Source of the DNA: Octopus sinensis
Taxonomy: Eukaryota
Direction: 5' to 3'
NCBI RefSeq assembly: GCF_006345805.1
Contig: NC_043006.1
Span: 99,696,001-99,760,000 of the forward strand
DNA length: 64,000 nucleotides
Both the position numbers and the translations under genes were made by a program. Numbering within the stretch: position 1 is the first letter of the stretch; each line of letters begins with the position of its first letter. Positions 1 to 13,394 of the stretch are shown piece after piece. The notes below the pieces were generated by a model. It ran no database searches and was not told the origin of the DNA. It saw only the letters and a program-made list of their open reading frames with translations.

Positions 1-1279
1 GGTGTACATAACGCCTGACGATATTCTCACTCTCTGAGACAGATTTAATGAGTTTGAAGTTGAGAAGATTGTCATCAAGATTAGGAAATGCAGGCGTGAT
101 TCGAAGACAAATCCGTATCGCGATAAAAGAAATTTTGTAGTACGTATATATTTCAATCTATGGGATTAAAAAGCAGCAAAGATGAAGTGGAAAAGAAAAT
201 AATAAAAAAAAGACCAGTGAGGTTTACATGCCTGTAGTGTAGATCTACTAGGGACTGTATTTGACTAGTAGTAATTGTATGTCATTGAATATTGGAATAT
301 TATCTCATTTATGAATTTATATTGATGGTATTTAAATTCAGAGAATAAGGCCATTAATTTTCCAAAGCGGAACATTTGGGCAGATGTTGTTCATAGTCTC
401 TTAAGGTGCTACTTCGGTTGATTCTGAAGTGAAGTGTGAATTTGGTGTACGTTGAATATGGGATCTGTGAAATGATTCAGAAGTAACGGTGTGAATGAAA
501 TAATCAAGTTTGCGTGTTGAAAATTTAGATACCTAACTGAAATGAAAGGGCTTTGGGTTTGGAACCTGTTCGTTAGAACCCGGACTCAACAAGAAGTTTC
601 TGCTTTCTCTCATCAAACGTAGCAGCATCATTAATACCAGCACCTACCAAAGAAGGTGCCGTTAAACGGTGACTCAAATACAGTGGTTTTCAACGTTTTA
701 AACTAAGAACAATTTATGTTGTCCAAGGAAAAGTAATAAACAGTCTTTGATTATAGCTCTGTTCAATCGTGGTTGATGAGTGCTAAGAATCAAGAATAAC
801 AATAACAACTAGCAATTACTGTTATATATAGTGAAGCATAGGAATGACAATATCGGAGCGTGGGACTAAATCTAATAGATTATAGAGATTAATCCATGTA
901 GTTTTGAAGTACTACATAATTTGATATTCGTTTCCATATCTCTCAGGTGAAATGCGTTATTGCTTAAATGCACTAAGCTAACTTCACTCAACGATACTGC
1001 ATACATGAAACGTTATGATGTACCGAAATCATTGCTCGGTAAATATTAATGTCGATCGTTTATCGCCTTGACGTGCAGGTATGAATTTATGGTAGGGGAA
1101 TACGTGAAAGTCATGCCATTCCCAAGAGCACTATCAAAACATTGTAGTTGATTACATGACATCAAAACATCAAACAGATTGTAAAGACAATGTTACGTAA
1201 TTTTCCTTTTCTTCTCGAATGTCAAGTTTACAACGATTTCTTTCAACGCATGCCAAAGGAATGTAAATTCAATTTAGAA

Positions 1280-1640
1280 GCTTGCTTCGTAACTACGCGG
1301 CTTCAGGTTCAGCCCCATTGCACAGCACCTATCGCAGATGTCTTCTGATATAGCCGCGGGTCAACCAATGACTGTTGAGTTTGGTTGACAGAAACTGTGT
1401 GATGTATGTACGTTCACGTTCTTGCGTACATGTGTACGAGTTTGTGTAATAAATATCTCTAGACAAGTGTTGTTCCTGGTTTACATTTCCGTAAATAAGT
1501 GTTTCTCTAAGATATGGATAAAGCAAGTGACAGATTTCAGATAAGTACTGGAGTTGAGGTAATCGCTTAAAACTGTCAGCGCATGTGCCCCAGCAAAACC
1601 CCAGTGTAATGTATGGAACAAGTAAACAAAAACAGACGAT
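1280..1640 (+). mobile_element. Old degenerate SINE (same family as 63587-64000)
   Basis: Diverged matches to head (gcttcaggttcagccccattgc...gatgtcttctgatatagcc) and tail (gtgccccagca...gaacaagtaaacaaaa) of the better-preserved copies. Confidence 0.5.
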
Positions 1641-2084
1641 ATTTTTGACAGAAAGTATTGAATATTCTTATTGGCGACAACTGGTCATACATTTATTATG
1701 GTGTTGAGTCGATATCATCGATTCCCTATTTCATTGACCTGCCTCTGTTTTATGGAACCATAGTGAATGGAAGATAAAGTCTAATACGGAAACATTTTTT
1801 ACTCGGAAAGTAAAAGATGAAATCATAAGTAAATTGCGCCGACGACCACCATAAAAATTATGAATTCTAGAATCAGTAGAGTTCAGTAAGTTTTTGAATG
1901 ATACTCTGTGGGTTTCAGCGTCCTCTAAGAATAACTACTACGTAAATGGGATGACGTAACTCGAACTTCGAACATAAATTGACGCAATTAACCCCGGCAC
2001 CATTTTCCTTGTCAAGACAATTGGCTCTATCCAATACCCTCCAGCTATGATGAGGAGGTACATATTGGTAATGAGAACGTAAAT

Positions 2085-2177
<93 letters not shown>

Positions 2178-2214
2178 CAGCAGCAGCAGTAGTAGTAGAA
2201 GTAGTAGTAGTGGC

Positions 2215-2246
<32 letters not shown>

Positions 2247-2368
2247 CAGCAGCAGCGATGACGGCAGCAGTAGTAGTAGCAGCAGCGGCGGCAGTGCCAG
2301 TTGTAGTAGTAGTAGCAGCAGCAGCAGTAGCAGTAGTAGTAGTAGTAGTAGTAGTGTAGTAGTAGTAG
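2085..2368. repeat. Compound (AGT)n/(AGC)n microsatellite
   Basis: Directly visible. Confidence 0.97.
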
Positions 2369-2501
2369 AATTCAGGAAAACGTGTTATTTATCTGGTGCA
2401 GTTAAAATATTTTGGTTTAGTTGATTTCTTTTTACGTCAGAAAATAGTGTACGTTATAGAAAACTGCAAGACATAAGAATATTTCGCTAAGGCAATAGCG
2501 T

Positions 2502-2600
2502 CTGTAGAGGTCTTGAATACGATATAATAAAGACCTGTAGAGGTCTTGAATACGATATTACGATATAATAAAGACCTATAGAGGTCTTGAATACGATATA
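2502..2600. repeat. Three-copy tandem repeat, unit about 33 bp (ctgtagaggtcttgaatacgatataataaagac)
   Basis: Three adjacent copies; the second has an internal 8-bp duplication and the third is partial. Confidence 0.9.
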
Positions 2601-2937
2601 CATAAAATAAAATGTTGGAAATCTATTGGAGATAAAATTATTTTGATTTATAATAAGAACATTCAAACGCTCTTTCAGTACAAATTCGAGAAGACAATAG
2701 ACATTGAACAATTCCGAATAGATTACAGAGGGACATAGACTGAAAAATATAAGCAATTTCAAACAGAATGAATCGTAAGCAGATACGAATACGTAAAAGT
2801 TACTTCGGAAGTTGTTTAATATCAATGAAGATTAAAGGAACACTGAGTAACGGGAGAATCTCAGATCAGTTTTGAACATATACAAACATTTCATATGTAC
2901 ATGTATGTGTATTGTGTAGGTAGGTATATTTTGTAAG

Positions 2938-2969
<32 letters not shown>

Positions 2970-3000
2970 TATATATATATATATATATATATTTATTATA

Positions 3001-3111
3001 TAGAAGGATCTTCTACAGGACTAGAACTGTTTCATTCAAGAGAAATCATCAGGAAGCTTCCTGATGATTTCTCTGAATGAAACAGTTCTAGTCCTGTAGA
3101 AGCTCCTTCTA
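3001..3111. ncRNA. Palindrome with a type I hammerhead-ribozyme-like motif on each strand (probably Penelope-like element derived)
   Basis: Arms 3001-3056 and 3057-3111 differ by one mismatch and one indel. Plus strand: stem I agcttc/gaagct, CUGAUGA 3061-3067, GAA 3079-3081, stem III acag/ctgt, predicted GUA cleavage after 3098. Confidence 0.65.
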
Positions 3112-3306
3112 TATAATAAATTAATTTTACTCTGCTATGTATTGAGTACCTTATTTACTGTGGTAACCCCGAATCAATCCGGGACCTATATATATATATA
3201 TATATATATATATTAGTCAATTTAGGGTAGCAAACTACTTGGCGGTGTGAGTTATGGCTGCTCTTTCTGGTGGACGAATGACCTGTTATGGTCACTCCTA
3301 AATTGT

Positions 3307-3338
<32 letters not shown>

Positions 3339-3343
3339 GTTTG

Positions 3344-3590
3344 TTCTGCTGTGTCTGAGGAGAGTCATTCTCTTTTAGTGCCTTATTATTCAACTGACCC
3401 ACACATATGCGCACAAACAAACAAAAGGGAACGCAGCGTAAACAACGGACAGAGTCAAGACTATTGAAAAGGTTGCAAGACGCAACGAAAATTTTAGAAA
3501 AATATAAAAGAAATAAGTGGAAATTTTACCGGTGAGTGTGTTAAATAATAAGGCACTGAAAGAGAATGACTCTCCCTAGACACAACAGAA
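3344..3590. mobile_element. Short element with about 50-bp inverted ends (MITE-like or PLE-derived)
   Basis: 3344-3393 is the near reverse complement of 3541-3590; an inverted partial copy lies at 36312-36512. Confidence 0.75.
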
Positions 3591-3654
3591 TATGCTTCAA
3601 CTCACGAACTCATATGAGAATCTTGCAAACCAAATCCAGAAACGAAATATATTT

Positions 3655-4365
3655 AGTTTGTTAATCCATTGGCAAAAACCTCCTTATAGACAATGTTTCA
3701 GGTTTTTACCAGTAGATATATTGTTCTTCCTCCTCCCTCTGGATATCTCGACATATAATTGTTTTCTAATTGCAAACCAGCAATTTTCAAAGCCTGACCC
3801 TGGGACTTATTGATTGACATCGCAAAAGACAGATGTATTGGAAACTGAGGTCATATGAACTGGAAGGGCATATTGGATGGTATTAAAGGTAAGCGAGGAA
3901 TAAAAACATCTTCAGTTTTTTCACAGCTATAAATTATTGTGACCTTCACAACATTTTTCATTAATTTTTTGACAACAAGTATTGTGCCATAGGACAGCTT
4001 TGGCTGAGAACAGTCGAACAGACGTATGAATGGAAGCACCTATTTTCAATGAAAAGCTATGGGGAGGTTGCTGAAAGGCTATGGTGGTTGCTGTCAGTTT
4101 AAGAACCCAGCCGGTTAATTGACTATTTCCGATTCATCTATATACAACAGAGTCTATAGATTTGTAAGTAGGTTCGTTTTCCTGGTGAAAAGTTTCTTGA
4201 GTCTTTCATTTAAATTATTCACAGTAACGTCCCTTGGTGCTGTGATTGCTCTTTCGCATAACTAAGTAGCATTTGTGTAATTTGAAATTATACTTGGAAA
4301 AATATTTTCAATAAGTTCCTAAACCGAGCTTACCAAGCTGTAGATTGTAATAGAATAGAAAACTT
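3655..4365 (-). pseudogene. Helitron RepHel PIF1-family helicase C-terminal fragment, frameshifted
   Basis: Manual minus-strand translation gives ELIENIFP..LCERAITAP..TYKSIDSVV..PPHSFSLKIGA..YGTILVVKKLM..EDVFIPRLPLIP..QFPIHLSFAMSINKSQGQALK..NIVYKEV, matching PIF1 helicase motifs of Helitrons. Confidence 0.85.
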
Positions 4366-4394
4366 GTATATATATATATTCCGTAATATATATA

Positions 4395-4667
4395 CTAGCA
4401 GTATCACCCGGCGCTGCTCGGGTTTGTAAGGGAAATAACTATATAAGCATTTTTAGAGATGTAAAGTATAATAGCCATCTCAATATGGCTAACTACAAAG
4501 GGGGGAACTTACTGTAGCTTTTTACGTTCTGAGATTTAATAATACATTTTTAGAGAGTTACCTCCCTTATATAAACCGAGCGAAAATGCATTAAAAATAC
4601 GTGAAAATGATGGTAATTTTTTTCTTTAATCGCAGACTCATCGTAGACGCGCGCTAATACCCAGAAT
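4395..4667 (-). mobile_element. Non-autonomous Helitron, 3' part
   Basis: Minus strand ends cccgagcagcgccgggtgatactgCTAG followed by T (subterminal hairpin plus CTAG); homologous to 32409-32706. Confidence 0.8.
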
Positions 4668-5623
4668 GAGTTGTATCAAGTTTTGTTCAAGTAGTGAGTT
4701 CTTGATGGGTGAGTTGTATCAAGTTTTGTTCAAGTAGTGAGTTCTTGTTGGGTGAGTTGTTTCAAGTTTTGTTCAAGTAGTGAGTTCTTGTTGGGTGAGT
4801 TGTATCAAGTTTTGTTCAAGTAGTGAGTTCTTGATGGGTGAGTTGTATCAAGTTTTGTTCAAGTAGTGAGTTCTTGATGGGTGAGTTGTATCAAGTTTTG
4901 TTCAAGTAGTGAGTTCTTGTTGGGTGAGTTGTATCAAGTTTTGTTCAAGTAGTGAGTTCTTGTTGGGTGAGTTGTATCAAGGTTTGTTCAAGTAGTGAGT
5001 TCTTGATGGGTGAGTTGTATCAAGTTTTGTTCAAGTAGTGAGTTCTTGTTGGGTGAGTTGTATCAAGTTTTGTTCAAGTAGTGAGTTCTTGTTGGGTGAG
5101 TTGTATCAAGTTTTGTTCAAGTAGTGAGTTCTTGTTGGGTGAGTTGTATCAAGTTTTGTTCAAGTAGTGAGTTCTTGATGGGTGAGTTGTATCAAGTTTT
5201 GTTCAAGTAGTGAGTTCTTGTTGGGTGAGTTGTATCAAGTTTTGTTCAAGTAGTGAGTTCTTGATGGGTGAGTTGTATCAAGTTTTGTTCAAGTAGTGAG
5301 CTCTTGTTGGGTGAGTTGTATCACGTTTTGTTCAAGTAGTGAGTTCTTGATGGGTGAGTTGTATCAAGTTTTGTTCAAGTAGTGAGTTCTTGTTGGGTGA
5401 GTTGTATCAAGTTTTGTTCAAGTAGTGAGTTCTTGATGGGTGAGTTGTATCAAGTTTTGTTCAAGTAGTGAGTTCTTGTTGGGTGAGTTGTATCAAGTTT
5501 TGTTCAAGTACTGAGTTCTTGTTGGGTGAGTTGTATCAAGTTTTGTTCAAGTAGTGAGTTCTTGATGGGTGAGTTGTATCAAGTTTTGTTCAAGTAGTGA
5601 GTTCTTGATGGGTAAGTTGTATC
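4668..5623. repeat. 43-bp minisatellite, about 22 copies
   Basis: Unit gagttgtatcaagttttgttcaagtagtgagttcttg(a/t)tgggt starts at 4668 and 4711, so period 43; no spacers. Confidence 0.97.
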
Positions 5624-5775
5624 CAATTATGGGTGGCTTATCTGGTATTCTTTGGAGGAATCTATCCAGACTTCGTTTAAAGTTGATGGGATCCTTTTCC
5701 TCTTTAGGATTGTAATTTATAGTCAACTCGACAATCTATTTCCATGTGTTTCTTTGTTTCTGTACTTCGTATTTT
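5581..5775 (-). mobile_element. CR1-like LINE ORF2 extreme C-terminal fragment
   Basis: Minus translation KEEKDPINFKRSLDRFLQRIPDKPPIIGYNLPIKNSLLE resembles the FK..LD.FL..IPD.P...GY...NSL terminus of invertebrate CR1-group LINEs. Confidence 0.7.
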
Positions 5776-6122
5776 AATTAAAATTGTATTTTGTCAGTCG
5801 CTAAATCTAAGGGTTTAGTTTTCTATGCAAATTACTGAAAATGGAAGACGTCTTTTGCTATTTATACTTACACTGAGTGAAGTGACGATATGATCTATCA
5901 GATTATTTTTTTAAAAATCACCTGGGGTTACGCAGGATGATGGTGAGTACACAGCAGGTACATTATAACATTCTCATTCTAATGTACTATGGGTGTACAA
6001 AGGCAACGAAACATATTTCAAGATGGTGCCCCAGCATGGCCAACTTCTAATGAGTGAAACATGTAACAAATAAAGTTTAAAGGATAAATAACTATTTATG
6101 TACGCATACATATAAATTTCGA

Positions 6123-7400
6123 TGTTATTATTCTTATTGTTATTATTCATATTATTATTATTATTCAGTAGTTCTATTTTAATAGCGTGCTTTCACTTCA
6201 CTACTTAGCGCAGCTCTGTGTGCCTTGGGTATGTGCTGTGATTTGTTGTGATGCTCTGATGGTTATTGTATGGAAAGTGTTCTGCGTAGGATGTGTGCAG
6301 TGCCTAGTAGTGCAATTTTCTGTATGTTATATGTGTTTGTAAGTCCTGGTGTTTTTGTTATGTATTTGTCTGAATATTTTTTTATCATGCCTAATGCACC
6401 TACTATGATAGGAATTTTTCTGTTTTCAGATTCCACATTCTAGTTACCTCTATTTCCAGGTCTTTGTATTTTGAGAGTTTCTCCATTTCTTTTAGAGACA
6501 CGTTGTCATCTGCCGGTATTGGTACATCAATTAGAAAGCATTTTTTTCTTCATGATCTCTGACAACTATATCTGGTCTGTTGGCCTTAATTTCTCTATCT
6601 GTGTGTATCGGCATATCCCAGAGTATGGTTGCTTTCTCGTTTCGTTTTCTGTGACCTTTTCTGGTGTGTGCCTATACCATCTTTTTTCTGTTGTTATTCC
6701 ATAATGTTGGCATAGCTTCCAATGTATGTAGGTTCCAACTCTGTCATGTCTGTGAATATATTCCTTCTTAGCCAGGACTGGGCAGCTAGAGATAATATGA
6801 GTTATTGTTTCTTGTCCATCTCCACATATTCTGCAGTTACTTGTAATATTTCTTTTCATTACATGTTTTTGGTAATTTCTGGTGGGGAGGCTTTGGTCTT
6901 GTGCTGCAATTAAAAATCCCTCTGTTTCTGCTTTGAGTCCTGAGCTTCTCAACCATTGCTGGGATTTTTCTTTGTCTATTTCTTTTGCGTTTAGTTTAGT
7001 GCAGTATTTACCATGAAGGGGCTTTTCTTGCCGTCGTTTTATCATGGTTCGTTGCTGTTCTATTTTTAGCTTGGATTTCATTTATTTTATAGCTTTTGTT
7101 GTTTCTTCATCATCTTCTTCTTCTTCTTCGTGTTTATTAGGTGGTATAATTTCTTGTTTGTATTTGTCAGCTTCCTTAAATACTGAGAACAGTTTTTTGT
7201 TTTGCTCGTGTTTTGCTGCTATCTGGATCAGTTTTCCTTCCTTCTGAAGTAGATATTTTTGCAGTCCTATGGTGGTTATTTTATAGTAGTTTTCCAGCTG
7301 TATAAGGCCTCTACCACCTTCTATACGTTGTATATATAGTCTTTCTATGTCAGATTTTGGGTGATGCATCCTAGATCCTGTCACAAGAAAAATGACAATC
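6123..7400 (-). mobile_element. 5'-truncated R4/Dong-type non-LTR retrotransposon (post-RT region, CCHC knuckle, restriction-like endonuclease) with (TAA)n tail
   Basis: ORFs 7082-7395 (MHHPKSDIERLY..GGRGL) and 6566-7081 (ETEGFLIAAQDQ..CRICG..ETITHIISSC..Y..RHD); downstream frame has RPDI and KYKDL-like REL motifs; TAA-rich tail 6123-6165. Confidence 0.9.
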
Positions 7401-7412
7401 CTAATATATGTA

Positions 7413-8130
<718 letters not shown>

Positions 8131-8991
8131 TATATCTACTGTCTGTTATACGCATTTAAATAGATTTTTTATGGTAAAATACTGTCGTTCGTTCGATAAA
8201 TATTCTGTATTTTGTGGGGATCGAACACGCCAATCTTTTCAAATTGATGAATGGTGTCTTGCCTACGCGAATATAGTAGAACGATATTAGAATTAAAAGA
8301 GGATTATTAAACATCCTTATTGCCATGCAAGACTTCACTAGCCGTCTTACTTTGTTTAAAATATGAATAAACACGAAACCTGATTTGGTTTTATTGACAA
8401 CTGGAAAAACAAATAAAGTAGAGGAAGGAACAAACAGAATAATATATGAAGTAAAGTTTTATATATTTTTCTAAATTCTGTCTTGGGATTTTTTGTGTAC
8501 CTTTTCTCCTTTTGTTCACACTAATACTATCTATTTTTGTTTCATCATGATTGGAATCCTAATTATTGTATTCAATAATTTCAAACTGGATTTGACAACG
8601 AAATTGCTTTCCTCATATCTGTTATGTTGTATTTTTTATTGTCCTACATTTAAAATTTTTCAACGTTTTGTTTTGTGCTGTCGTTTTGAATTTACGAATC
8701 TAAATAGGACATCGAATAGTGCAGAGTCATTACAGAAACCAAGTGATATTCAGTTCCACAGCGCTATAGTGAGAGTTCAGTTTTTGCTGGGGATGTGGTC
8801 GATCACATTCTCATCTAAATTTCAAATTAGTAATATTTTAGTGTTAAAATCCAACTTATTATTCGACGAAAATTTCTACAGTGTTCTGAACTCATTCCAT
8901 GAATGTTAACGCTAATTGCAATATAAGCGCCCTGATACATTACTACATAATTTATTATTAGTGAAATCAGACCAAGACTGTGAGCCGCCAG

Positions 8992-9132
8992 AATGTTTAC
9001 CCCCGCCGGGCAAAATACTTAGCAATACATCTTATGTTTTGAGTTCAAATTCTGCCGAGGTTGATTTTGCGTTCCATCACTTTGAGGTCAATCAATAACT
9101 CCCTGTTGAGAATTAGGGTCGATCTAATCGGC
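8992..9132 (+). mobile_element. Degenerate SINE fragment (family of 31684-31906)
   Basis: gccgggcaaaatacttagc...gagttcaaattctgccgaggttgattttgc. Confidence 0.7.
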
Positions 9133-10040
9133 TAATGTTCACCATATTTGTTGATTTGAAGTTAAATTTAAATGCTCGAACGTGCCTCAATTTTAATATT
9201 CAGTTTTCGATTCTTTCATTAATGCCCATCGTTGTTGTTGGTTTTCATACCATATTGAACGGCATATTTCAGTGGGAAATGATCTAGTGTGATCTCTGGA
9301 TCATATATGCCACAAATCTTTTATTTCAATCCTATGAAAACATACAATATTACAATTAATCTGAGTCTATGTAGTCGTATGTACTGCAATAATGTTGCCA
9401 TCAACTAGAGAATACAAGGAAACTCATCCAAACAATTTCAGAATTTTAATTATCACAGAAAATGTTTGTCCAATCAATAATGTTAATGACGATTAGAATC
9501 ATAGCAAATGGTTCCAATGAAAAGCAGGTTACGCACGAGAATAAGGCAGGCGATTTCTTACATCTTATCTTCATTGCCTGCTTATTGAATTTTTTTCCAA
9601 TTTTATATTCCAGTGAAGTTGATTAAGTGCTTAGACCCATATGTGTGAATAACTATATGTACCAGTAATATACTGCCATCGATCTAGCTTCTTATACATT
9701 TCACTATGAAAAATATGGACTTCGGCCAGAGGAAGAAATCGTTATTATTCATAAATAATACTTCGTCAAATTAGCATAGCTGTAAATTATGTAGGAAGAT
9801 AAGTAATCATTGTTATTTATTACTGAAAGGTGGACAGCTGTTTATTAGAAAATCAATCGAGTGAGTTTGTAAATGTAACGGGGTTGATGCAGATGGATGA
9901 TTCATGGTTAATAACATTGAATACCATCTTCAATTACATTAGATGTAAAAATATCATCTTCATCATTAGAATACGTAAACAGAGATACACAATCGGAACA
10001 TTCGCATACATACACATTCTATTCCTCTATACGTATATAT

Positions 10041-10099
<59 letters not shown>

Positions 10100-10148
10100 A
10101 TGTATGCATGTATCTATGTGTATATATATGTATGTTTGTATGTATGTG

Positions 10149-10181
<33 letters not shown>

Positions 10182-11649
10182 CATATATATGTGTGTGTGT
10201 ATACAGGAACAGACAGACAGACATAGAGATAGATAGATATATAGATAGATAGATAGATAGATAGATGAACATTCTAATCGGTAACCCATTTGCTAAACAG
10301 GTGTTAAACTTTGCAAGAATTTGACAGGTTTGTCTTGCATACAAAATCCCACATAATGAAATATTAATTTTGCTCCTGGTTAACAACGAATGAAATGTTT
10401 GTACTATGTATATAAGGAGGTTTTGTCGCATGATTGGCACCCAGGTTTGTCACCTGAAGTCAACATTCTCAACAGTAATGTGAAGATGCAGGAAAACTCT
10501 TGAAAGACACAACAGAGTTAACAATGCTTTGTGTGTATCGAGTTTAAGTTCATTGAGAGAACACTACTTTAAGCGTAGTGATTGTTACATAAATATTTCA
10601 ACAGAACGAACTCTGCTAAATATAAGATATACTTAAGCAACATACAACTGAATGCACTTGACACTCAATAACTGAGGCCAGTCAGTAAACATTAAGTAAT
10701 ATATAACAGGATACTATCAGAAGTATTCTACCCTAGGTATATTGAGGTGGGGAATCTCTTTGACTATTATAACATTGACCGTTTGCTTTACCATCATGTA
10801 TATTCTGCCTTCTACATATTTCGATACATACCTACTATGCATTCGCGCCTATGCCCCAAAGTAAAAGAAACGTTTTAAACATTTTAGTTGTTTGATCATG
10901 GAAACACTGAGAAATTGCATTCTAACATTTATGACTAATGTACATTTTTTGTTTCTAGAACGACTTCAAATGTGCAGTTATGAGCTTCGGTAAACATTCA
11001 CTGACTTGTCCTGGGTGCGAGCTTTTTATCTGACGTCATAATGAACTCGGTATTACGTTACGATATACTGAAGCTATTTCGTACGAGTATAAAATATAAA
11101 TCTGCCATATATAATTAAATTGTATAGCACAACATGCTGCCATTTCAGGCGACATTCGTCTCAAATATTTCTTCACCTATTATCTTCTTGTATGTATGAA
11201 TTACAGCCATACGCGTCTTGAAATTTCTTCATCTCTCTATTTATCTCGCTTTCTATCTATACATATTCACATGTGTGTATGTGTGTGTTTCCGTGTTTGA
11301 ATGAATGCGAATATGTGTATGCTATTATTTGCCTCTGAGAGAAATAGTTGGTAGATATTAACTTTACAAAAACTAATTTCCTGTTTGTTGTTCTCTCTAT
11401 GTTTGAAATAGTAAAATTCATTTAATCGAAAGATAAAATATTTCATAGTAAAGAATTTCAATCTGGGAACAATGTTTGTTCGACGACCTTAAATACTCAT
11501 CCATATTTGTCTCTTCACTTTTCAAAGGCAAAGAATACAGTGATCTTGATTGATGAACTTATTTTACATTTCTTCCCTCTCGCTTTCCTTTATCCTTCCT
11601 ATATTCTTACTTTCCTGTCTACTGCTTTATTTCCCTTCCTTAATTCCAG

Positions 11650-12035
11650 TGCAGCTGTTTGATGAAGTAGTATTCAGTCAACAATAGGGCAGGGTGCACT
11701 GAATAGATGGACAGCAAATAGCTTCTCTTGAATTTGATATTTCTGATAGTGATGATGTATATGTGTATGCTAGAACTTTCATTGGTGCCAGCATTAATGA
11801 TGGCATTGGTGAACAACTTTAAGCATGCATTTCAGTAATTCATCATGGCCGTCTATAGAATTGGTACATAACCATCACTTGTGTAAGGGTATTCATTCTC
11901 ATTATGCATCGTTTATTTCAAGGCAAATGTGAATACTGGTTATGTTACATAATAAGCAACTTGTGAGTTTCATTGACACCTAATACTGTATTTCATTCAT
12001 AGGTTCATTACAGAAACATATTTATCAGGATTTCT
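11650..12035 (+). repeat. Unclassified dispersed repeat, copy 1
   Basis: Aligns by eye over about 370 bp to the reverse complement of 21560-21925. Confidence 0.8.
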
Positions 12036-13084
12036 CGTTCGTCCGCACTGGGTAAGACCTGGAGTGAATTTTGCTGTATATGTGAAGAACCAGCTAGATA
12101 AACACTTGTTGCGTGCAGGTTTTAAATCACATCAAAATGAAACTGAAACTTCCATCACTTCAGAATTATTAAAATAAACAGGAACTGACTGAAAGATGTA
12201 TATCAAACATATTTGTCAGGGAGATGTCTTGATTCGAGTGCCATGTTTCTAAAATAATTAAGTGGAAATCAGCGTATAATAAAACAGTTATAAATAGGAA
12301 TTACTACCTAAAATCTCTCATCTGTTCAAGCATGTAGTAATTACAACATATTTTAAATCAATAAGGAAATCTTCCACGGCTGTAATTTTGTAATAAATCT
12401 TACTTTGGAACTGGCATCTCAAATACGAAAAATTTCACTAATATTTGGATAATCTTTGTCATTATGAAGCTAACATCTTCAAGATGAGAAATAGAACGTA
12501 TCATCAATCAAAATTGATTTATCTACACATAAGGCGTTGGAGTTTTAGTACACAGTGAAGGAAGTTATCATGCATATGAAAGAAGTGAAGGTGTTCGAAG
12601 CTAAATTTGAAACCCTTTCAGATAATTTCTGCCCTTAGACTATATGTTGCACAATACATTTATTGTTATTTTGAAGTTTTCGATTTATACAAATATTTAC
12701 TTTATGCGATATGTGAACATTTTTTTATTTTGTTCTGTAAGTCTACAATGTTTTGAAAGAAAATTAGATGCACCCGAAATGAGGTCCATACGTTAATATT
12801 TTATTTCCGTTTCCAGCTCTTCACAATTCTCATATTTAATTATTTATGCTTATGTTTTTCTCTAATATCACAATCGCAGCTGTCGGTAGATTTTGTTATC
12901 GATCTCACTCTCTCACTCTTCCCCCCTCTCTCTCTCTCTCTCTCTGTCTCGCTCACTCTTTCTGTTTTGTCTACTACACGAGCTTAGACACAAGTCTAAT
13001 AATAATATTTACCTTTAATTTATTCATGAACACTGAATTAATGTTTCGCTTAATCTGATGTCGGGTATTTCTATTTCTTGTATT

Positions 13085-13147
<63 letters not shown>

Positions 13148-13150
13148 ATG

Positions 13151-13181
<31 letters not shown>

Positions 13182-13394
13182 ATATATATACACAAATATA
13201 GCAATAGTATTAATCATGGCATTATTAACCACAAGTGCTGGAAAGGCATGATGAGATACAATGAGGTTTTAAATCTATGGAAAAGGAACAAACTATTATA
13301 CATCGTAATTAAAAGCGCATAATTAACCACATAATTAATAATAATAGTAATAATAATAAATAAGTAATAATAGTAATATAATACTAAATCATGC

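Noticed and set aside
1-700. Penelope-like RT remnant on the minus strand
   Set aside because: Only faint motif resemblance by eye; needs tblastn to support
947-1077. Possible exon (ctctcag acceptor, gtatga donor)
   Set aside because: All three frames contain stops; no other support, though a non-coding exon cannot be excluded
2502-2600. Mini CRISPR-like triple repeat
   Set aside because: No spacers; simple tandem duplication
4668-5623. CRISPR-like array
   Set aside because: Units are contiguous with no unique spacers, no cas genes, eukaryotic context; it is a minisatellite
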